The notes: generated by a model not told the origin, from the sequence alone. A stretch of 64,000 nt of DNA from Methanotrichaceae archaeon (GCA_963813075.1 CAWEXU010000017.1:1-64000), one strand, 5' to 3'. Positions 8,164-20,436 are shown, numbered from the stretch's first letter. A program made the numbers and translations.

Positions 8164-8807
8164 ATGATAAGGATACTCGGCATTCTGGCTCTTCTGTCCA
8201 TCCTGGCCCTGCCCGGCAGCGCTCAGGATTATCTTGAGGGCGGAAATGTAGGACCCTATACAGGCGACGCGGGCCAGTACTTCACAGACCCCATATTCAT
8301 GATGAAGGTCGGCGGCGGCACATCATGTGCCACCCAGCAGCGTTCAGGCATCTAAACCCGTCTCCCCCCTGGGCTCGACTGTGGGCAAGACCACAATGGG
8401 AAGATACAGCGCATCCAACACCCCGGTGGCAAAAACCTTCTCCAGCGCTCCGGTGACTCAGCCGCAAACCCCAGCCGCAATCCAGCCAGCCACTTCAACT
8501 GGCGTACTCAGGAAAGTGGATCCTCCAGCTCTCTGAGGGCCAGACCATCTCCCTGGACCTGCATCAATCCGGAAACAGGCTCTTTGGCCGGGGGAGCTTC
8601 ACCTATAGCAGCACCACCCAGATGGCCCTGGCCAGCGGAACCATATCCGGCAACAGCATAACCTTGGACATCCTGCCTGAGAGCGGAACTGAGCTTTATA
8701 CCCTATCGATTGATACCAGCAGATTGAATGTGCCCTCCAAGTACACCGCTTACCGCTACGGAGCCCTTACCGGGTACGGAACAGTCATCGCCAGCAAGAT
8801 TGGCTAA
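8164..8807 (+). CDS. Secreted hypothetical protein (one gene split by frameshifts into three ORFs)
   Basis: Signal peptide [20 protein letters not shown]; successive ORFs at 8164, 8327 and 8622 continue one S/T-rich beta protein. Confidence 0.6.
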
Positions 8808-8824
8808 ATATAATATAATGTAAT

Positions 8825-11809
8825 ATGAAATCAATTGTAATCAAAGGTGCCCGCGAGCACAACCTGAAAAACATCGACGTAAAGCTACCCCGTGACAGCC
8901 TGATCGTCATCACCGGCGTCTCGGGCTCGGGCAAATCCACCCTGGCCTTCGATACCATCTACGCCGAGGGCCAGCGCCGCTATGTGGAATCCCTCTCCGC
9001 CTACGCCCGCCAGTTCTTAGGCCAGATGGACAAGCCCGACGTGGACTCCATCGACGGTCTCTCCCCTGCCATCTCCATCGAGCAGAAGACCACCTCCAAA
9101 AATCCCCGCAGCACTGTGGGAACGGTGACCGAGATCTACGACTACCTCCGCCTGCTCTTTGCCAGAATAGGCGTCCCTCACTGCCCGGAGCACGGAACGC
9201 GCATCGAGTCACAGTCTCCGGAAAGGATCGCCGTCAGCATCCTGGAGGAGATGAAAGAGAAACAGAAGGAAAAGGAGAAGGAGACTGAAAAGGGGAAGGT
9301 AAAGGGGAAGGTAAAGGAGAAGGGAAAGGAGATGGAGGAGAGTGAGGATGAGAGCATGATCACCATCCTCGCTCCGGTCATCCGCCAGAAGAAGGGAACC
9401 TATGGCCAATTGCTCAAGGACCTGAACGCCGAGGGCTTCGCCCGGGTTAGGCTGAACGGCCAGATCCAGAGGACGGACGAGGAGATCGATCTTGACCGCT
9501 ACAAGAAGCATGACATCGATGTGGTCATAGACCGTCTGGACCCAAGAGATGATAAGTCCCGCCTGGTGGAGGCGATCGAAAAAGCCCTGAAGAAGACCGA
9601 AGGCCTGGTCTATGTCCTGCATGAGAACGGAGAGGACCGGGTCTACTCCGCCCGGATGGCCTGCCCCGTCTGCGGCCTGGTCTTCGAGGAGCTTCAGCCG
9701 CGCATGTTCTCTTTCAACAGCCCCTTTGGGGCCTGCGAGTCCTGCAACGGCCTGGGATTCAGAATGGAGTTCGACCCTGAACTGATCATACCGGATAATG
9801 ATCGATGCGTCGCCGACGGGGCTGTCGCCTTATACCGCAATATCATCGACGGTTGGCGGGGCCAGCACCTGGCAGCAGTGGCCAAACACTTCGGCTTCGA
9901 TATATTCACACCCATCAAGGACCTCACCTCTGAGCAGTACGATGCCCTGATGTACGGCTCGACGGAGAAGATCCGCATGAATATGAGCATGAAAAACGGG
10001 GACGTCTACTGGTCGCATAACTCCCAGTGGGAGGGGCTGATACCGCAGAGCATCCGCCTCTACGGCCAGACCGCCTCCGAGTACCGCCGGGAGGAGCTGG
10101 AGAAGTTCATGCGGGTCCTTCCCTGTCCGGCCTGCAAGGGCAAAAGGCTGAAGGAGAAGGTCCTGGCGGTCAGGATCCTGGATCTTTCTATTGTGGATGT
10201 GGCCAATCTCTCGGTGAGCGACTGCAATGATTTCTTCCTGAATTTGGATGAGAAGCTGTCGGTCAAGGAGAGAGAGATCGCCCGCCAGATCCTGAAGGAG
10301 ATCCGCTCCCGCCTGGGATTTTTAGAGCACGTGGGCCTGGGGTATCTGACTCTTTCCAGAAACGCCGGCACCCTCTCCGGAGGGGAGGCGCAGCGCATCC
10401 GTCTGGCCACCCAGATAGGCTCAAACCTCACCGGCGTCCTCTACGTCCTGGACGAGCCTTCCATCGGCCTGCACCAGCGGGACAACTCCCGGCTGATAGA
10501 GACCCTGAAAAAGCTCAGGGATCTGGGAAACACCCTGATTGTGGTCGAGCATGACGAGGATACCATCCGCAATGCCGATCATGTGCTGGATATCGGTCCG
10601 GGGGCGGGCATTCACGGCGGCTATGTGGTGGCCGAGGGCACCCCGGAGGAGATCGAGGCCGATCCGAAGTCCCTGACCGGCCAGTACCTCTCCGGCAAAA
10701 AGAGAATCGAGGTCCCGGCAAAGAGGAGAAAGGGCAATAAGTTCATCCATCTTTCCGGCTGCCGGGAGAACAACCTCAAGGATATCGATGTAGACATTCC
10801 TCTGGGGGTCCTGACTGTGGTCACCGGGGTCTCGGGATCAGGCAAGTCCACCCTGATCTATGATACCCTCTACCGGGCGCTGATGAAGAGGATCTACCAC
10901 TCCAGCGAGACTCCGGGAGAGCACGACGGGATTCGTTTTGACACTGAGGTGGACAAGGTGATCGTCATCGACCAGAGCCCCATCGGCAGAACGCCTCGCT
11001 CGAATCCGGCCACCTACACCAAGGTCTTCGATCCCATCCGCCAGGCCTATGCCGGGACCAAGGAGGCGAGGGTTCGGGGCTACAAGAGCGGTCGCTTCTC
11101 TTTCAATGTCCAGGGCGGCCGGTGCGAGAGCTGCCACGGAGACGGCCTGATCAAGATCGAGATGAACTTTCTGCCTGATGTCTATATCGATTGCGAGGAG
11201 TGCAAAGGCAGCCGCTACAACCAGGAGACCCTGGAGGTCAAGTACAAAGGAAAGTCCATCGCCGAGGCCCTGGATATGACAGTTGAGGAGGCCAGAGAGC
11301 ACTTCGAGAATATCCCGGCCATAAGAACAAAGCTTGACACCCTGCTGGGAGTGGGTCTGGGTTACATCAAGCTGGGCCAGAGCTCGACCACCCTCTCCGG
11401 GGGCGAGGCCCAGAGGATCAAGCTTACCCGTGAGCTGGCCAAGAGGGGCACAGGCAGGACGGTTTACCTCTTAGACGAGCCGACCACCGGACTGCATTTT
11501 GATGATGTGAAGAAACTGATCCATGTCCTGGACGACCTGGTGGCCAAGGGGAACACCGTGGTGGTGATAGAGCACAACCTGGATGTAATCAAGTCCGCAG
11601 ACTACCTCATCGATATGGGGCCGGAAGGAGGAAACGCCGGCGGGCAGGTGGTGGCCACCGGCACCCCGGAGGAGGTGGCCAGGGTGGACGGGAGCCATAC
11701 CGGTCAATTCCTGAGAGAGAGGCTCAAGATTCAGGCTCAGTCGATCCATTCGTCCCGGCCAGCCATCCCCAACGGTCGGAAAAAGGCGGCGTGTGAGGCG
11801 AAGGTCTGA
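8825..11809 (+). CDS. uvrA: Excinuclease ABC subunit A
   Basis: [12 protein letters not shown], two [11 protein letters not shown]alker A motifs, LSGGEAQRI signatures and zinc fingers. Confidence 0.98.
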   Translation: MKSIVIKGAREHNLKNIDVKLPRDSLIVITGVSGSGKSTLAFDTIYAEGQRRYVESLSAYARQFLGQMDKPDVDSIDGLSPAISIEQKTTSKNPRSTVGTVTEIYDYLRLLFARIGVPHCPEHGTRIESQSPERIAVSILEEMKEKQKEKEKETEKGKVKGKVKEKGKEMEESEDESMITILAPVIRQKKGTYGQLLKDLNAEGFARVRLNGQIQRTDEEIDLDRYKKHDIDVVIDRLDPRDDKSRLVEAIEKALKKTEGLVYVLHENGEDRVYSARMACPVCGLVFEELQPRMFSFNSPFGACESCNGLGFRMEFDPELIIPDNDRCVADGAVALYRNIIDGWRGQHLAAVAKHFGFDIFTPIKDLTSEQYDALMYGSTEKIRMNMSMKNGDVYWSHNSQWEGLIPQSIRLYGQTASEYRREELEKFMRVLPCPACKGKRLKEKVLAVRILDLSIVDVANLSVSDCNDFFLNLDEKLSVKEREIARQILKEIRSRLGFLEHVGLGYLTLSRNAGTLSGGEAQRIRLATQIGSNLTGVLYVLDEPSIGLHQRDNSRLIETLKKLRDLGNTLIVVEHDEDTIRNADHVLDIGPGAGIHGGYVVAEGTPEEIEADPKSLTGQYLSGKKRIEVPAKRRKGNKFIHLSGCRENNLKDIDVDIPLGVLTVVTGVSGSGKSTLIYDTLYRALMKRIYHSSETPGEHDGIRFDTEVDKVIVIDQSPIGRTPRSNPATYTKVFDPIRQAYAGTKEARVRGYKSGRFSFNVQGGRCESCHGDGLIKIEMNFLPDVYIDCEECKGSRYNQETLEVKYKGKSIAEALDMTVEEAREHFENIPAIRTKLDTLLGVGLGYIKLGQSSTTLSGGEAQRIKLTRELAKRGTGRTVYLLDEPTTGLHFDDVKKLIHVLDDLVAKGNTVVVIEHNLDVIKSADYLIDMGPEGGNAGGQVVATGTPEEVARVDGSHTGQFLRERLKIQAQSIHSSRPAIPNGRKKAACEAKV

Positions 11810-11825
11810 TAAAATAAAAAGTTAA

Positions 11826-14714
11826 TCAAAAAGCATATACATATGTGCTGCCAGCGCTGTAGAACGCCTCCGGCCATTCCCCTTGATTGAACTGGCTGGC
11901 GGCCCTGATGGTATGCCTCTGGTTTCCAGTAACCAGGAATGTGTATATCCCATCAAAAGCATCTCCCTCGATCCCATCCTTTCCCACAATCAAGCCATCG
12001 ACAATGACCGAATATCCCTTGCTGGTGGCAGAGCTGATCGTCACCCTGGCATATCCAGCTGGCATGGAGCTAGTATCCGGCCTTACGACGATTATTCCAT
12101 CGCCACTATCTTCGGGAATTTCTATAATCGGATCATCAGGGAAGAATTCGATCTCATTCGGCCTCTCATGGATGGCCTTTTTCACCGCCCTGTCTATATT
12201 TAAGGCAATGCCACCAAGCTCAGAAGGAATGGAATTGCCTTCGATATCATAATGAGCGGTATTTCTAAGGATCTCCTTGATCTCTCCCGCATCAAGGAGG
12301 GGATTTATGGACCGGATGAGAGCGGCAGCGGCAGCGACCTGAGGGGCGGCCATGCTCGTTCCTCCGCCCAGGTTCCAAAGGCTTCCATTTTCGTATATTC
12401 CCCAGACCGCCTCCTCTCCCGGAGCGGCCAGGGTCACATACTGGTTGTCCTTATTTCTGTTGCTGCTGGGGACCAGGGTACCGTTATTGAAAATGTTTCC
12501 CACGGTGATGACATTGGGAAGGTATCCCGCTCGCCCGTTCGGAATCCGCTCATCTCCGTCTATTGCCACTCCATCATTTCCGGCGCTGAAGATGAAGAGG
12601 ATCCTGGGATAATCTATGGATAATTTTCGGAAAAAATTTTCAAATAATTCCGCCGCCTCAGCCGTGCCCTCGGGGTCACCGGTATAACCCAATGAGCAGC
12701 TCAGGATTGTGCTCTTCCGTTCTATCTCTTCCTTAAATCCCAGGAGGCTCGAGGTGACAAATGATCTGTCTGTAACATCAAAGACATTGATCATGTAGAC
12801 CGACAGATTTCCTTCCCTGGATAAAAGTATGGAAGCAATGCCCACCAGGCCGCTCGCCGGATTGGCAGTCAGTATGCTGGCAATCCCTGTGCCATGGCTT
12901 CCTGGCACCTCATAATCCGGCAGGCGGCGCTCAACCAGCAGGTTAGGAGGTGCGCCTGGGTACAGCTCTATTGATGTATCGATATCCGTATCATTGAACT
13001 GCCCTCCGCCTGCGTACAGGCCGTCGTCAATGATCCCCACCCGGACCTCGAAGAGTCTGGCACTGTCATTGTATATCGCATTCCAGGCTTCTTCCACACC
13101 TATTATCCGATATCCTCTCCCGGATTCGCCTGGATAGATCATGCCAGCTGGTGAGGGTTCTCGATAGAACTGGTGGTTGGGGATGGCGAGATCGGCAGAC
13201 TCATATCCTCGGGCAAAATTGATGTCTCCCCTAAGATCAGATAGGGTCTGGCTTTCGGTCTCGATCTGGAACAGGTTGAGGTACTCAAACTCCCCCACCA
13301 CGGTTCCTCCCATATCAGAAGCCAGCCGGCGAGCCTCCTCTCTGGCGTCCTCAAAGGACATACTGCTGTCCATCGCCACCAGCACCTGATTGGCCGGGAC
13401 CTCTCCCCAGCCGGCAGAGGTGGCATCGATGAGAGACGATGGCCCTGGGGGCTTGAAGGAGCCAGATCCCAGGTCGGGTGCCCCTTCTTCGATTGGAGGC
13501 GACGGTACAGGTGGCGGGATCACCTGAGGCTCCGGAACGGGCAAGCTGTAGCTGACGATAAGACGGGCAGACCCAATATAGATCAGATGGCTCTCCTCAT
13601 AGTCGCAGATCTCATTTTCATTGGAGTCCTGGCAGCAGAGTCCCGTGCTCAAATCCAGCATCTGGCCCTCCGGGCAATTCAGAGGATATGTGGTGTCGCA
13701 ATATGGGACATCATCTCCTGCAAATCGCCACACACCTATCTTTCCATCCACATAGCAGATCTGGTCCACATTAGGTGCATCTTGAGTCTGAGATATTCTT
13801 ACCTTGCCTGGATCGAGCGCTCGGCTAACTTCTGCAAAATCATCCTGCAGGAGAGAACGGTTAGATTCTATGCTCCTGATGACTACCTCTGGTGTCTGTG
13901 GCTGGGACAAAAAAGGAGAAAGATCCAAAATATCACCAAGTATCACATCACGAAAGTCTACTGGCCCGTTCTCCGAAGGAGCATCTGGCTGATTGTCCCC
14001 CTGCGGTTGTTGAGGCTCTGTGCTGTCTTTGGGGGGCACTGATTCCGATCTCATCTCCCTCTCGAACTGCAGGCGCAGCTGGAACCTGTCCTCTCCCAGG
14101 TAGGAGCTCAAAGCTCTGCGCAGGGATGAGGAGCTAACTGGTGAGTTCAGCCGGTTTGAATTGCAGATCCTGGCATAGGGCGAGGCATCAGACCTTCGGG
14201 AGTAGGATTGGGAGCGAAGGCTTCCATAGGATGCAGGATATATGTTCAGGCAGCCCAGGCTGGAGAAGGGACTGCCGACCATATCCAGGTCCTCAAACTC
14301 CAGGTCGACATCATTGATCCGAGCATCTTCTGGAATATCGGATATATCAAAGCTCAGAAAGAGGGCGGAATCGTTATTGTCAGAAAATCCGACGACTGTC
14401 CGGGAGAAGGTGCTTCCGTCCGAGCGCACCTGACCGCTCTCACTGCGCAGGTTAGAAATCGAGGCCGATAATTCATTGTCATCGAAAATACTGATCTCTT
14501 CATCCCTGGATGCTATAAACGCGCTGACCGGAGTGGGCTCACTCTCATCCTGGCGAATGGACTCTGGCTGAGAGACCAAAGCTGAGCTATCGCTATTTGC
14601 ATTCTCCGCCCCTGAATTCAGGGGAGGGATGGCAAATTCGGGATTGAGCTGACCGGACGCAGTGCTGCAGACCAGTAGATACAGTATGATTGCCGCTCTG
14701 AATAGGGAGATCAT
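11826..14714 (-). CDS. Secreted subtilisin-like S8 serine peptidase, multidomain
   Basis: Signal peptide; catalytic VGIIDDG, SHGTGIA, SAGNDG and GTSMAAPQVA. Confidence 0.88.
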   Translation of the reverse strand: MISLFRAAIILYLLVCSTASGQLNPEFAIPPLNSGAENANSDSSALVSQPESIRQDESEPTPVSAFIASRDEEISIFDDNELSASISNLRSESGQVRSDGSTFSRTVVGFSDNNDSALFLSFDISDIPEDARINDVDLEFEDLDMVGSPFSSLGCLNIYPASYGSLRSQSYSRRSDASPYARICNSNRLNSPVSSSSLRRALSSYLGEDRFQLRLQFEREMRSESVPPKDSTEPQQPQGDNQPDAPSENGPVDFRDVILGDILDLSPFLSQPQTPEVVIRSIESNRSLLQDDFAEVSRALDPGKVRISQTQDAPNVDQICYVDGKIGVWRFAGDDVPYCDTTYPLNCPEGQMLDLSTGLCCQDSNENEICDYEESHLIYIGSARLIVSYSLPVPEPQVIPPPVPSPPIEEGAPDLGSGSFKPPGPSSLIDATSAGWGEVPANQVLVAMDSSMSFEDAREEARRLASDMGGTVVGEFEYLNLFQIETESQTLSDLRGDINFARGYESADLAIPNHQFYREPSPAGMIYPGESGRGYRIIGVEEAWNAIYNDSARLFEVRVGIIDDGLYAGGGQFNDTDIDTSIELYPGAPPNLLVERRLPDYEVPGSHGTGIASILTANPASGLVGIASILLSREGNLSVYMINVFDVTDRSFVTSSLLGFKEEIERKSTILSCSLGYTGDPEGTAEAAELFENFFRKLSIDYPRILFIFSAGNDGVAIDGDERIPNGRAGYLPNVITVGNIFNNGTLVPSSNRNKDNQYVTLAAPGEEAVWGIYENGSLWNLGGGTSMAAPQVAAAAALIRSINPLLDAGEIKEILRNTAHYDIEGNSIPSELGGIALNIDRAVKKAIHERPNEIEFFPDDPIIEIPEDSGDGIIVVRPDTSSMPAGYARVTISSATSKGYSVIVDGLIVGKDGIEGDAFDGIYTFLVTGNQRHTIRAASQFNQGEWPEAFYSAGSTYVYAF

Positions 14715-14811
14715 AATAATGACATCTTCGTATACAGGTATTCATCCTTCTTTAGATTTAAGTTTTGCCGCAATGGAATCTGTGGAATTAGAGATGAAAC
14801 GGGAGATGAAA

Positions 14812-16012
14812 TTAGGGATGAAATAGCTGCAAGATCTGCAGCCATAAAGAGGCCAGGGTGGAGCTATCCGCAGCGGGGCTGAAGGCATCGATCAGTATCT
14901 TCGTTATGCCAAAGCCATTGATCTTCTCATACAACGCCAGCAATGGCATAACAAAAGAGATGAAAGAAGAGATAGCAGGCTTAAGGTTATATCGGGTTTC
15001 AAAATCCTGAAGGACCTTTATTCTCTCATCCCTCTCTTTATGAAACATCTCCACAGAATCAGACAAAAATTTTAGCTCATTGTCCTTCTCTTTGTCCTCT
15101 CCGGATGATATTTTAAACAATTTATAAAGCCCTTCCTGGTGCTTTTCATCGATGCGGTAGATCTCTTCGTTCATCCGCTTCTTGAATATCTCCTTCAGCG
15201 AATCGAGAGCGGAGAAAAGAAGAACAAAGCCCGCCAACAGGAACAGTATCAGGATAGCTACATCGTAGATCACCACCAGGCTGAATCCAGTTGGCATGTC
15301 GATATAGGCGAGGATCGCAAGGGAGATGCCAATTGAAAAATATATATTTAATTTCATGATGAAATCTTTGATTTGCCCCAATCCTCCGATCCTGTCCGCA
15401 TGGAATAGGTCGATCTTTATCAGATCCCGATAGGGACTCTCTGCCAATTTATCGAGTATCCACTTGGTGTTTATCATTATCCAGAACAGATAAGCCAGAA
15501 GGTAGTATGCCAGAAAAGTAATGAGATAATTGTAGAGGTTGAATACAGGGGTTGGAGAAGAAGATCTCCTCGTATGGAACCGATTGCATTACATAGACTC
15601 TCAATAGATCGATGATGATGTGAGGCAGTATCATGATTCCCAGCAAAAAGAAGAATTGTCTGGACTTAAAATTCTTCTCCAGATGAGAATACAGATCACT
15701 GGGACAGCTTTCCCCGGCGGGATTGAACTCAAGCCTCTGGATGATAATTTTCAAATTATTCAATATATGTATATTCATTGCAAGCAAATATGCGATGAGT
15801 GCGGACAGGAAGGTCACTTGCAGGCCAAAATAATCATTCCACGCCAGTCCTTCGACCCTGGTAATAAATAATATATAGGTAATGGCTACTATCCCGCCAA
15901 CCATCAGTGAGAGCACGGGAGGAGGGATTGGAATCCTCTTGAATATGCATTCCATCCAGTTCCAGCAGGATCTATCCTTCATTTCCACACATTTCCATGC
16001 TTTTGTATCCAT
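14812..16012 (-). CDS. Hypothetical multi-pass membrane protein (frameshift near 15550)
   Basis: Two overlapping hydrophobic ORFs, 15449..16012 and 14812..15477. Confidence 0.6.
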
Positions 16013-16053
16013 GTATTCTGATCCTCATAGTTCCCGGCAATCGCATACCCATC

Positions 16054-18534
16054 TCAGTGTGACCTGCACCTGCCTTTAGCCAGAGCATAATACGCCAGTG
16101 ATATGGCCGCCAAATGCTGCCAGGAGAGAAAGCCGGGCAGTGGCGGTCTCTCCTCTCCTGCATCGGGCAGCGATCCTGCCGGAGGCTCCCTGGGAGTCAG
16201 GGTTATATTCATGCTCAGGGGCTCGGATACCTGCTCTGAGATATCGATCTCTCCCTGATAGATCTCATAGCCGCTCAGAAATAGGTCAAAGGTATGATTT
16301 CCGTAGCGACTGAGCTTTATTCTGTCCGGCGTGCTCTTGCCAGTATTCTCTCCATTCAGCCATATCGATGCCCCATCTGGATTCGAACTCAGAATTACAT
16401 ATAGATCTGAGATCCTCTGATCTGAGATATTTTGATTTGATATCCTCTGATCTGAGATGACTTCGATATTCTGTGCATCACTTTCAGCTTTCTGCTGCTG
16501 CTGTTCTGGCGTCAGCTCCAACCTTATGGCGGTGGAGCTTGTCACATATATCGTCTCTTTCAGAGGCTCGTATCCCTTCAGGAACAGCTCAATATCGTGA
16601 TATCCCTTTCCATCCAGAGTTCTCTCGCTGGGAGTCACTGCCCGGGTAGGTTTGCCATCGATCCAGATCTCCGCTCCACCGGGCTCAGACTCGATTTTTA
16701 TCCGCAGATTGGGGGAGGCATCCCTGGAAGTGCTCCTGGCCTGGGTGCTCGATGCTAAGGCAGCAGAAGAGGAAGGGTGAACGAATGTGGTCTCCGTTCC
16801 GGCCAGGAGAGTCTCTATATCTTCATGAGATCTGAGGTATACTTCCATCCGTTCAGTCCCTATCTTCTCCCTCCAGATTTGATAATCCAGGATCGATTGG
16901 TTCTCATTTCTCAGGATATCGTATTCGTTATCAATTATATAATTTGTACTTGTAGTTGATAAATTGAGGTCCGATAGATTAACTGCTAATCCGACTCCGT
17001 TATTCTCCAGCCGATTTTCCTCCATCTGGCTGGCATTGGACCGGTTCAGGTAGATTCCGATCTTATTATTGTGGGCAATATTGCGGAAAATTCTGTTGCC
17101 GGAAGAATCTTGAAGGGCAATGGCTGCCGATCGGCTGTCTGCTCTATTCTCTTCCAGGCTATTGTTTCTGGAATTGAGCAATACGATCCCTGCCAGGTTG
17201 TCACTGGCATTGTTGCTTGCGATCAGGTTATCGAGGCCAGACTCGATGAAGATGGCAATCAGATCGTTTTTGCTGACATCATTCTCCCGGAAGGTATTTC
17301 TCGTAGTATCGAAAAGAAAAGCCCCGATCTGGTTATTGCTGGCAGTGTTATTTGCGACTGTGCTATTCGAGAGTTCGATGAGTTCAATCCCGATCTTTTT
17401 ATTATAGAACGCCAGATTATCGCTTACAGTATAGCCATCCGCATTGTCAATGGAGATGCCATCAAGATTGCCGCTGGCATTATTGTCGATCAGTTTGTTG
17501 GCCCTGCCCCGGTTAACCTCGATACCGGTCAGGTTGTTATTTCCCGCCTCGTTCTCCAGCAGTATGCAATCAGTGCACCTGAGTATAGAGAAGCCCCGCC
17601 TCTGATTATTCCAGGCCGCATTTCCGATTATCGCATCTCCAACTGAGCTGTCCAGACTTATGCCATTGTATTTATTGCTCAAAAAGGCGGACCCTATGAC
17701 TGAATTTACCTGGCCGCCTTTCAGGCTGATTCCATCCTCATCATTATAGCTTACATTGCAGCCGGCGATGGTATTTTTGCTGCAGTCTTCTAGATAGATC
17801 CCTTCCCAGCTGTTATGGCTGGCATTGTTCCCTATTAGCGAATTGCCATCGGCTCGCCTCAATTGAATACCATATTTTTGGTTGAAGGAGACTTTATTAT
17901 CTGCCACAGTGCAATTCCTGGCGGCATCCAGGAAGATTCCATAGCTATTATGGCTGGCATTGCAGCCTTCTACGATGCTGTCTGTGGTGTTATGGAGATG
18001 GATGCCGTAATCGTTATTGCTGGCATCAACTCCGATCGCTTTGTTTAGGCTCCCTCCGGATACATATATCCCAGCATCGCCATCTTGAACCGTATTTCCT
18101 TCCAGGATATTATGGCTGGAGTTGAGCACAGCTATTCCATGATTATAATTTTTGATAACATTATTTATTATTAGATTATTATTGGATATTGCCTTAATCC
18201 CTTGTCTTCCTTTTGAGGTTTGATTAGAGCAGTTGATAAAAAATCCATTCAACACCGACCCTCCGGCGGAGAGGTTGACTGCCACTTCATCCTCCCCACT
18301 ATCGATTTCAGGCATTCCAATGCCCAGCAGTAACAGGGTCTTGTTTATGATCAGGCTCTCATTATATATCCCTCCAGATACCAGTATAGTATCGCCAGGG
18401 CGGGCCCCGTCTATTGCTGCCTGGATGCTCTCATTCTGGTCGACAATAAAAGAGGAGCCATGTGCCAGTGCAGGCAGGATTATAGATAAAAGAAGCAATA
18501 TTAATTTATGCCGGATCATGAGAATGTTTATCAT
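16054..18534 (-). CDS. Cell-surface protein: NosD/CASH parallel beta-helix, PEGA domains and PGF-CTERM-like tail
   Basis: SIQAAIDGARPGDTILV, many N..GI.L repeats, IESEPGGAEIWIDG and LSSNPDGASIWLNG, C-terminal LPGF-hydrophobic-basic segment. Confidence 0.85.
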   Translation of the reverse strand: MINILMIRHKLILLLLSIILPALAHGSSFIVDQNESIQAAIDGARPGDTILVSGGIYNESLIINKTLLLLGIGMPEIDSGEDEVAVNLSAGGSVLNGFFINCSNQTSKGRQGIKAISNNNLIINNVIKNYNHGIAVLNSSHNILEGNTVQDGDAGIYVSGGSLNKAIGVDASNNDYGIHLHNTTDSIVEGCNASHNSYGIFLDAARNCTVADNKVSFNQKYGIQLRRADGNSLIGNNASHNSWEGIYLEDCSKNTIAGCNVSYNDEDGISLKGGQVNSVIGSAFLSNKYNGISLDSSVGDAIIGNAAWNNQRRGFSILRCTDCILLENEAGNNNLTGIEVNRGRANKLIDNNASGNLDGISIDNADGYTVSDNLAFYNKKIGIELIELSNSTVANNTASNNQIGAFLFDTTRNTFRENDVSKNDLIAIFIESGLDNLIASNNASDNLAGIVLLNSRNNSLEENRADSRSAAIALQDSSGNRIFRNIAHNNKIGIYLNRSNASQMEENRLENNGVGLAVNLSDLNLSTTSTNYIIDNEYDILRNENQSILDYQIWREKIGTERMEVYLRSHEDIETLLAGTETTFVHPSSSAALASSTQARSTSRDASPNLRIKIESEPGGAEIWIDGKPTRAVTPSERTLDGKGYHDIELFLKGYEPLKETIYVTSSTAIRLELTPEQQQQKAESDAQNIEVISDQRISNQNISDQRISDLYVILSSNPDGASIWLNGENTGKSTPDRIKLSRYGNHTFDLFLSGYEIYQGEIDISEQVSEPLSMNITLTPREPPAGSLPDAGEERPPLPGFLSWQHLAAISLAYYALAKGRCRSH

Positions 18535-18678
18535 ACTCCTAAGTATATATCATTTTCTTTAATATTGGAATAATTAAGTTTAATTGGATATGAAATAGCC
18601 TTTTGCAGTTCGATTTTAGGGAAGCGTATAGATAATGATTAAATATTTTGAAGCTGGATCTCTATAGGGTGTAGTGAT

Positions 18679-19164
18679 ATGTATGGCATCTCAAATAAAT
18701 ACGCAGTCTTAATGCTGCTAGTAACTCTGGCAATGTGCGTCCTTCCGGTACATGGCCAGTATGGCCCGGTATTGGAATCGCCATTTGAAGTCCCCCTATC
18801 TGATGAGGGGGATGATTCAGACGATCAGATGCAGGAAGCGCAAGATATTTTGCAGTCGCCTCTGCAGACTGCCGGTCCCGCAGGATTGGCCGGCAGATCA
18901 CCGGAATCAGGATTGATTGCACAGGGCATCATCAGCTCATTGCGCGCAGACAATGCGGGAAGGCTGTATGTGCATCTGGACACCCGACCAGGTATTCCCT
19001 TCATCCTATCCCTCCAGGGAAGGGATGACGATGAGGACACTTCTGGCACAAGCCAGGGAATGCTCGAGCTGATACTTTATGCCTTCGAGTATGACCGGGA
19101 GGTCGGTATAAGGTATGGGCCGTCCAGCGAGATCATGGAGGTGGCGATAGCAAAGAATTCATGA
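18679..19164 (+). CDS. Secreted hypothetical protein
   Basis: 161-aa ORF with a signal peptide. Confidence 0.6.
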   Translation: MYGISNKYAVLMLLVTLAMCVLPVHGQYGPVLESPFEVPLSDEGDDSDDQMQEAQDILQSPLQTAGPAGLAGRSPESGLIAQGIISSLRADNAGRLYVHLDTRPGIPFILSLQGRDDDEDTSGTSQGMLELILYAFEYDREVGIRYGPSSEIMEVAIAKNS

Positions 19165-19188
19165 AATTATGACTTTCTTTCTTTTCGT

Positions 19189-19497
19189 CTATCTGCCGAG
19201 CCTATGCTTCTCGATCTCTCTTGCCACCCTCATCTCTTCCTCGGTGAGGTCGGGCTCTTTCAGGGAATCTGCCGCATTCTTTATCGCCACTCCTATCATG
19301 ATCCCCTTCAAAAAGGCAGCCCGATCCTCCTCGATGATGGTCTGAAGGACTCTGTTCAGGTACCTTTTAACCGTCGTCCCGGGGATTGACCGGTAGGAGT
19401 TCAACTCATATGTGACCGCAAAAAGCTCGTCCTCTGTGAATCCATAGCTCATTAGAAATGATGACAGATCCTCATTATTATCAGTCATGGATGGCAT
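19189..19497 (-). CDS. Hypothetical protein
   Basis: 102-aa ORF with natural composition, filling the gap between its neighbours. Confidence 0.6.
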   Translation of the reverse strand: MPSMTDNNEDLSSFLMSYGFTEDELFAVTYELNSYRSIPGTTVKRYLNRVLQTIIEEDRAAFLKGIMIGVAIKNAADSLKEPDLTEEEMRVAREIEKHRLGR

Positions 19498-19646
19498 ATT
19501 TTCGTTTATGCTAGATCCAATTTTCCCACTCTTAAAGTACGGATACTAAGTTCTGATATAGCAGGGATAATTTTATCTATGGATTGATGCTATAAAATGT
19601 TTAATCATTATAATAAGGCCAAACACTTCTGCCCGGGTGGTGCATT

Positions 19647-20436
19647 ATGAAGACCGTGGTTGTCGACTCTCATAATGAGGTACTTTCTCATTGGATAAGA
19701 GAATACATTGAACATAAGCTGCCTTTGGTTGTGGTCCGGATTGACAAACATCATGACATGTTTCCGAACTGCCCCTTGCTGCCGGCCAGGGAGGGTCGGG
19801 GCATATTCGATTATCTGGATAAGATGATGCCGGCAATATGCGAATACGCCAGGAGAAGTGCTGAACGAGGGAAACTTCACCTGTCCCGCATTCCACTATG
19901 GTATAGTTGGATCTGTATACCACTTCGATCCGAGAAAAGAGAGAATAGATGCCTACGGACGGGTCGATGAGGACAGGTTCGTTGATGCACCCCGGACAGT
20001 TACGAGATCTGCTTTTATCGGTGGAAAGAGGATCGAGTTCATCGACTGGGACGGTGAAGATATCAAATTGAAAAAGCAGGGCAGGAAAAAGGTTCCTGTA
20101 CCTCAGAGCATCGGAGCTGATGCATTTTGTGAGGACATAACAAATTGCAGATACCCCATAGTCATAGGCTTTGATCTGGATGGCTTATGCTCAATTGATG
20201 ATACAGATTGTACAAGAAAGACCATTGGAATTAGGCTGAAAAGGGTAAAGAGCTTGCTGGAATGCATCTCTTCTCCAGTCCTCGCCTGCATCGCTCTCTC
20301 CCAGACACCAAGAGCCTACGTCCCTCCCGAGCTGGTGGATGGGCTAAAGGAGGCTGCACTCGGCCTGATGGAGATGAAGTGCCAGGCTCATTATCATCAA
20401 GTATTCTCAAAGGGATCTGAATTTCATCTGCGGTAG
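19647..20436 (+). CDS. UPF0489-like (arginase/deacetylase fold) protein; frameshift near 19858
   Basis: VVDSHNEVL, RIDKHHDM, LNEGNF and GFDLDG motifs spread over two ORFs. Confidence 0.7.
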
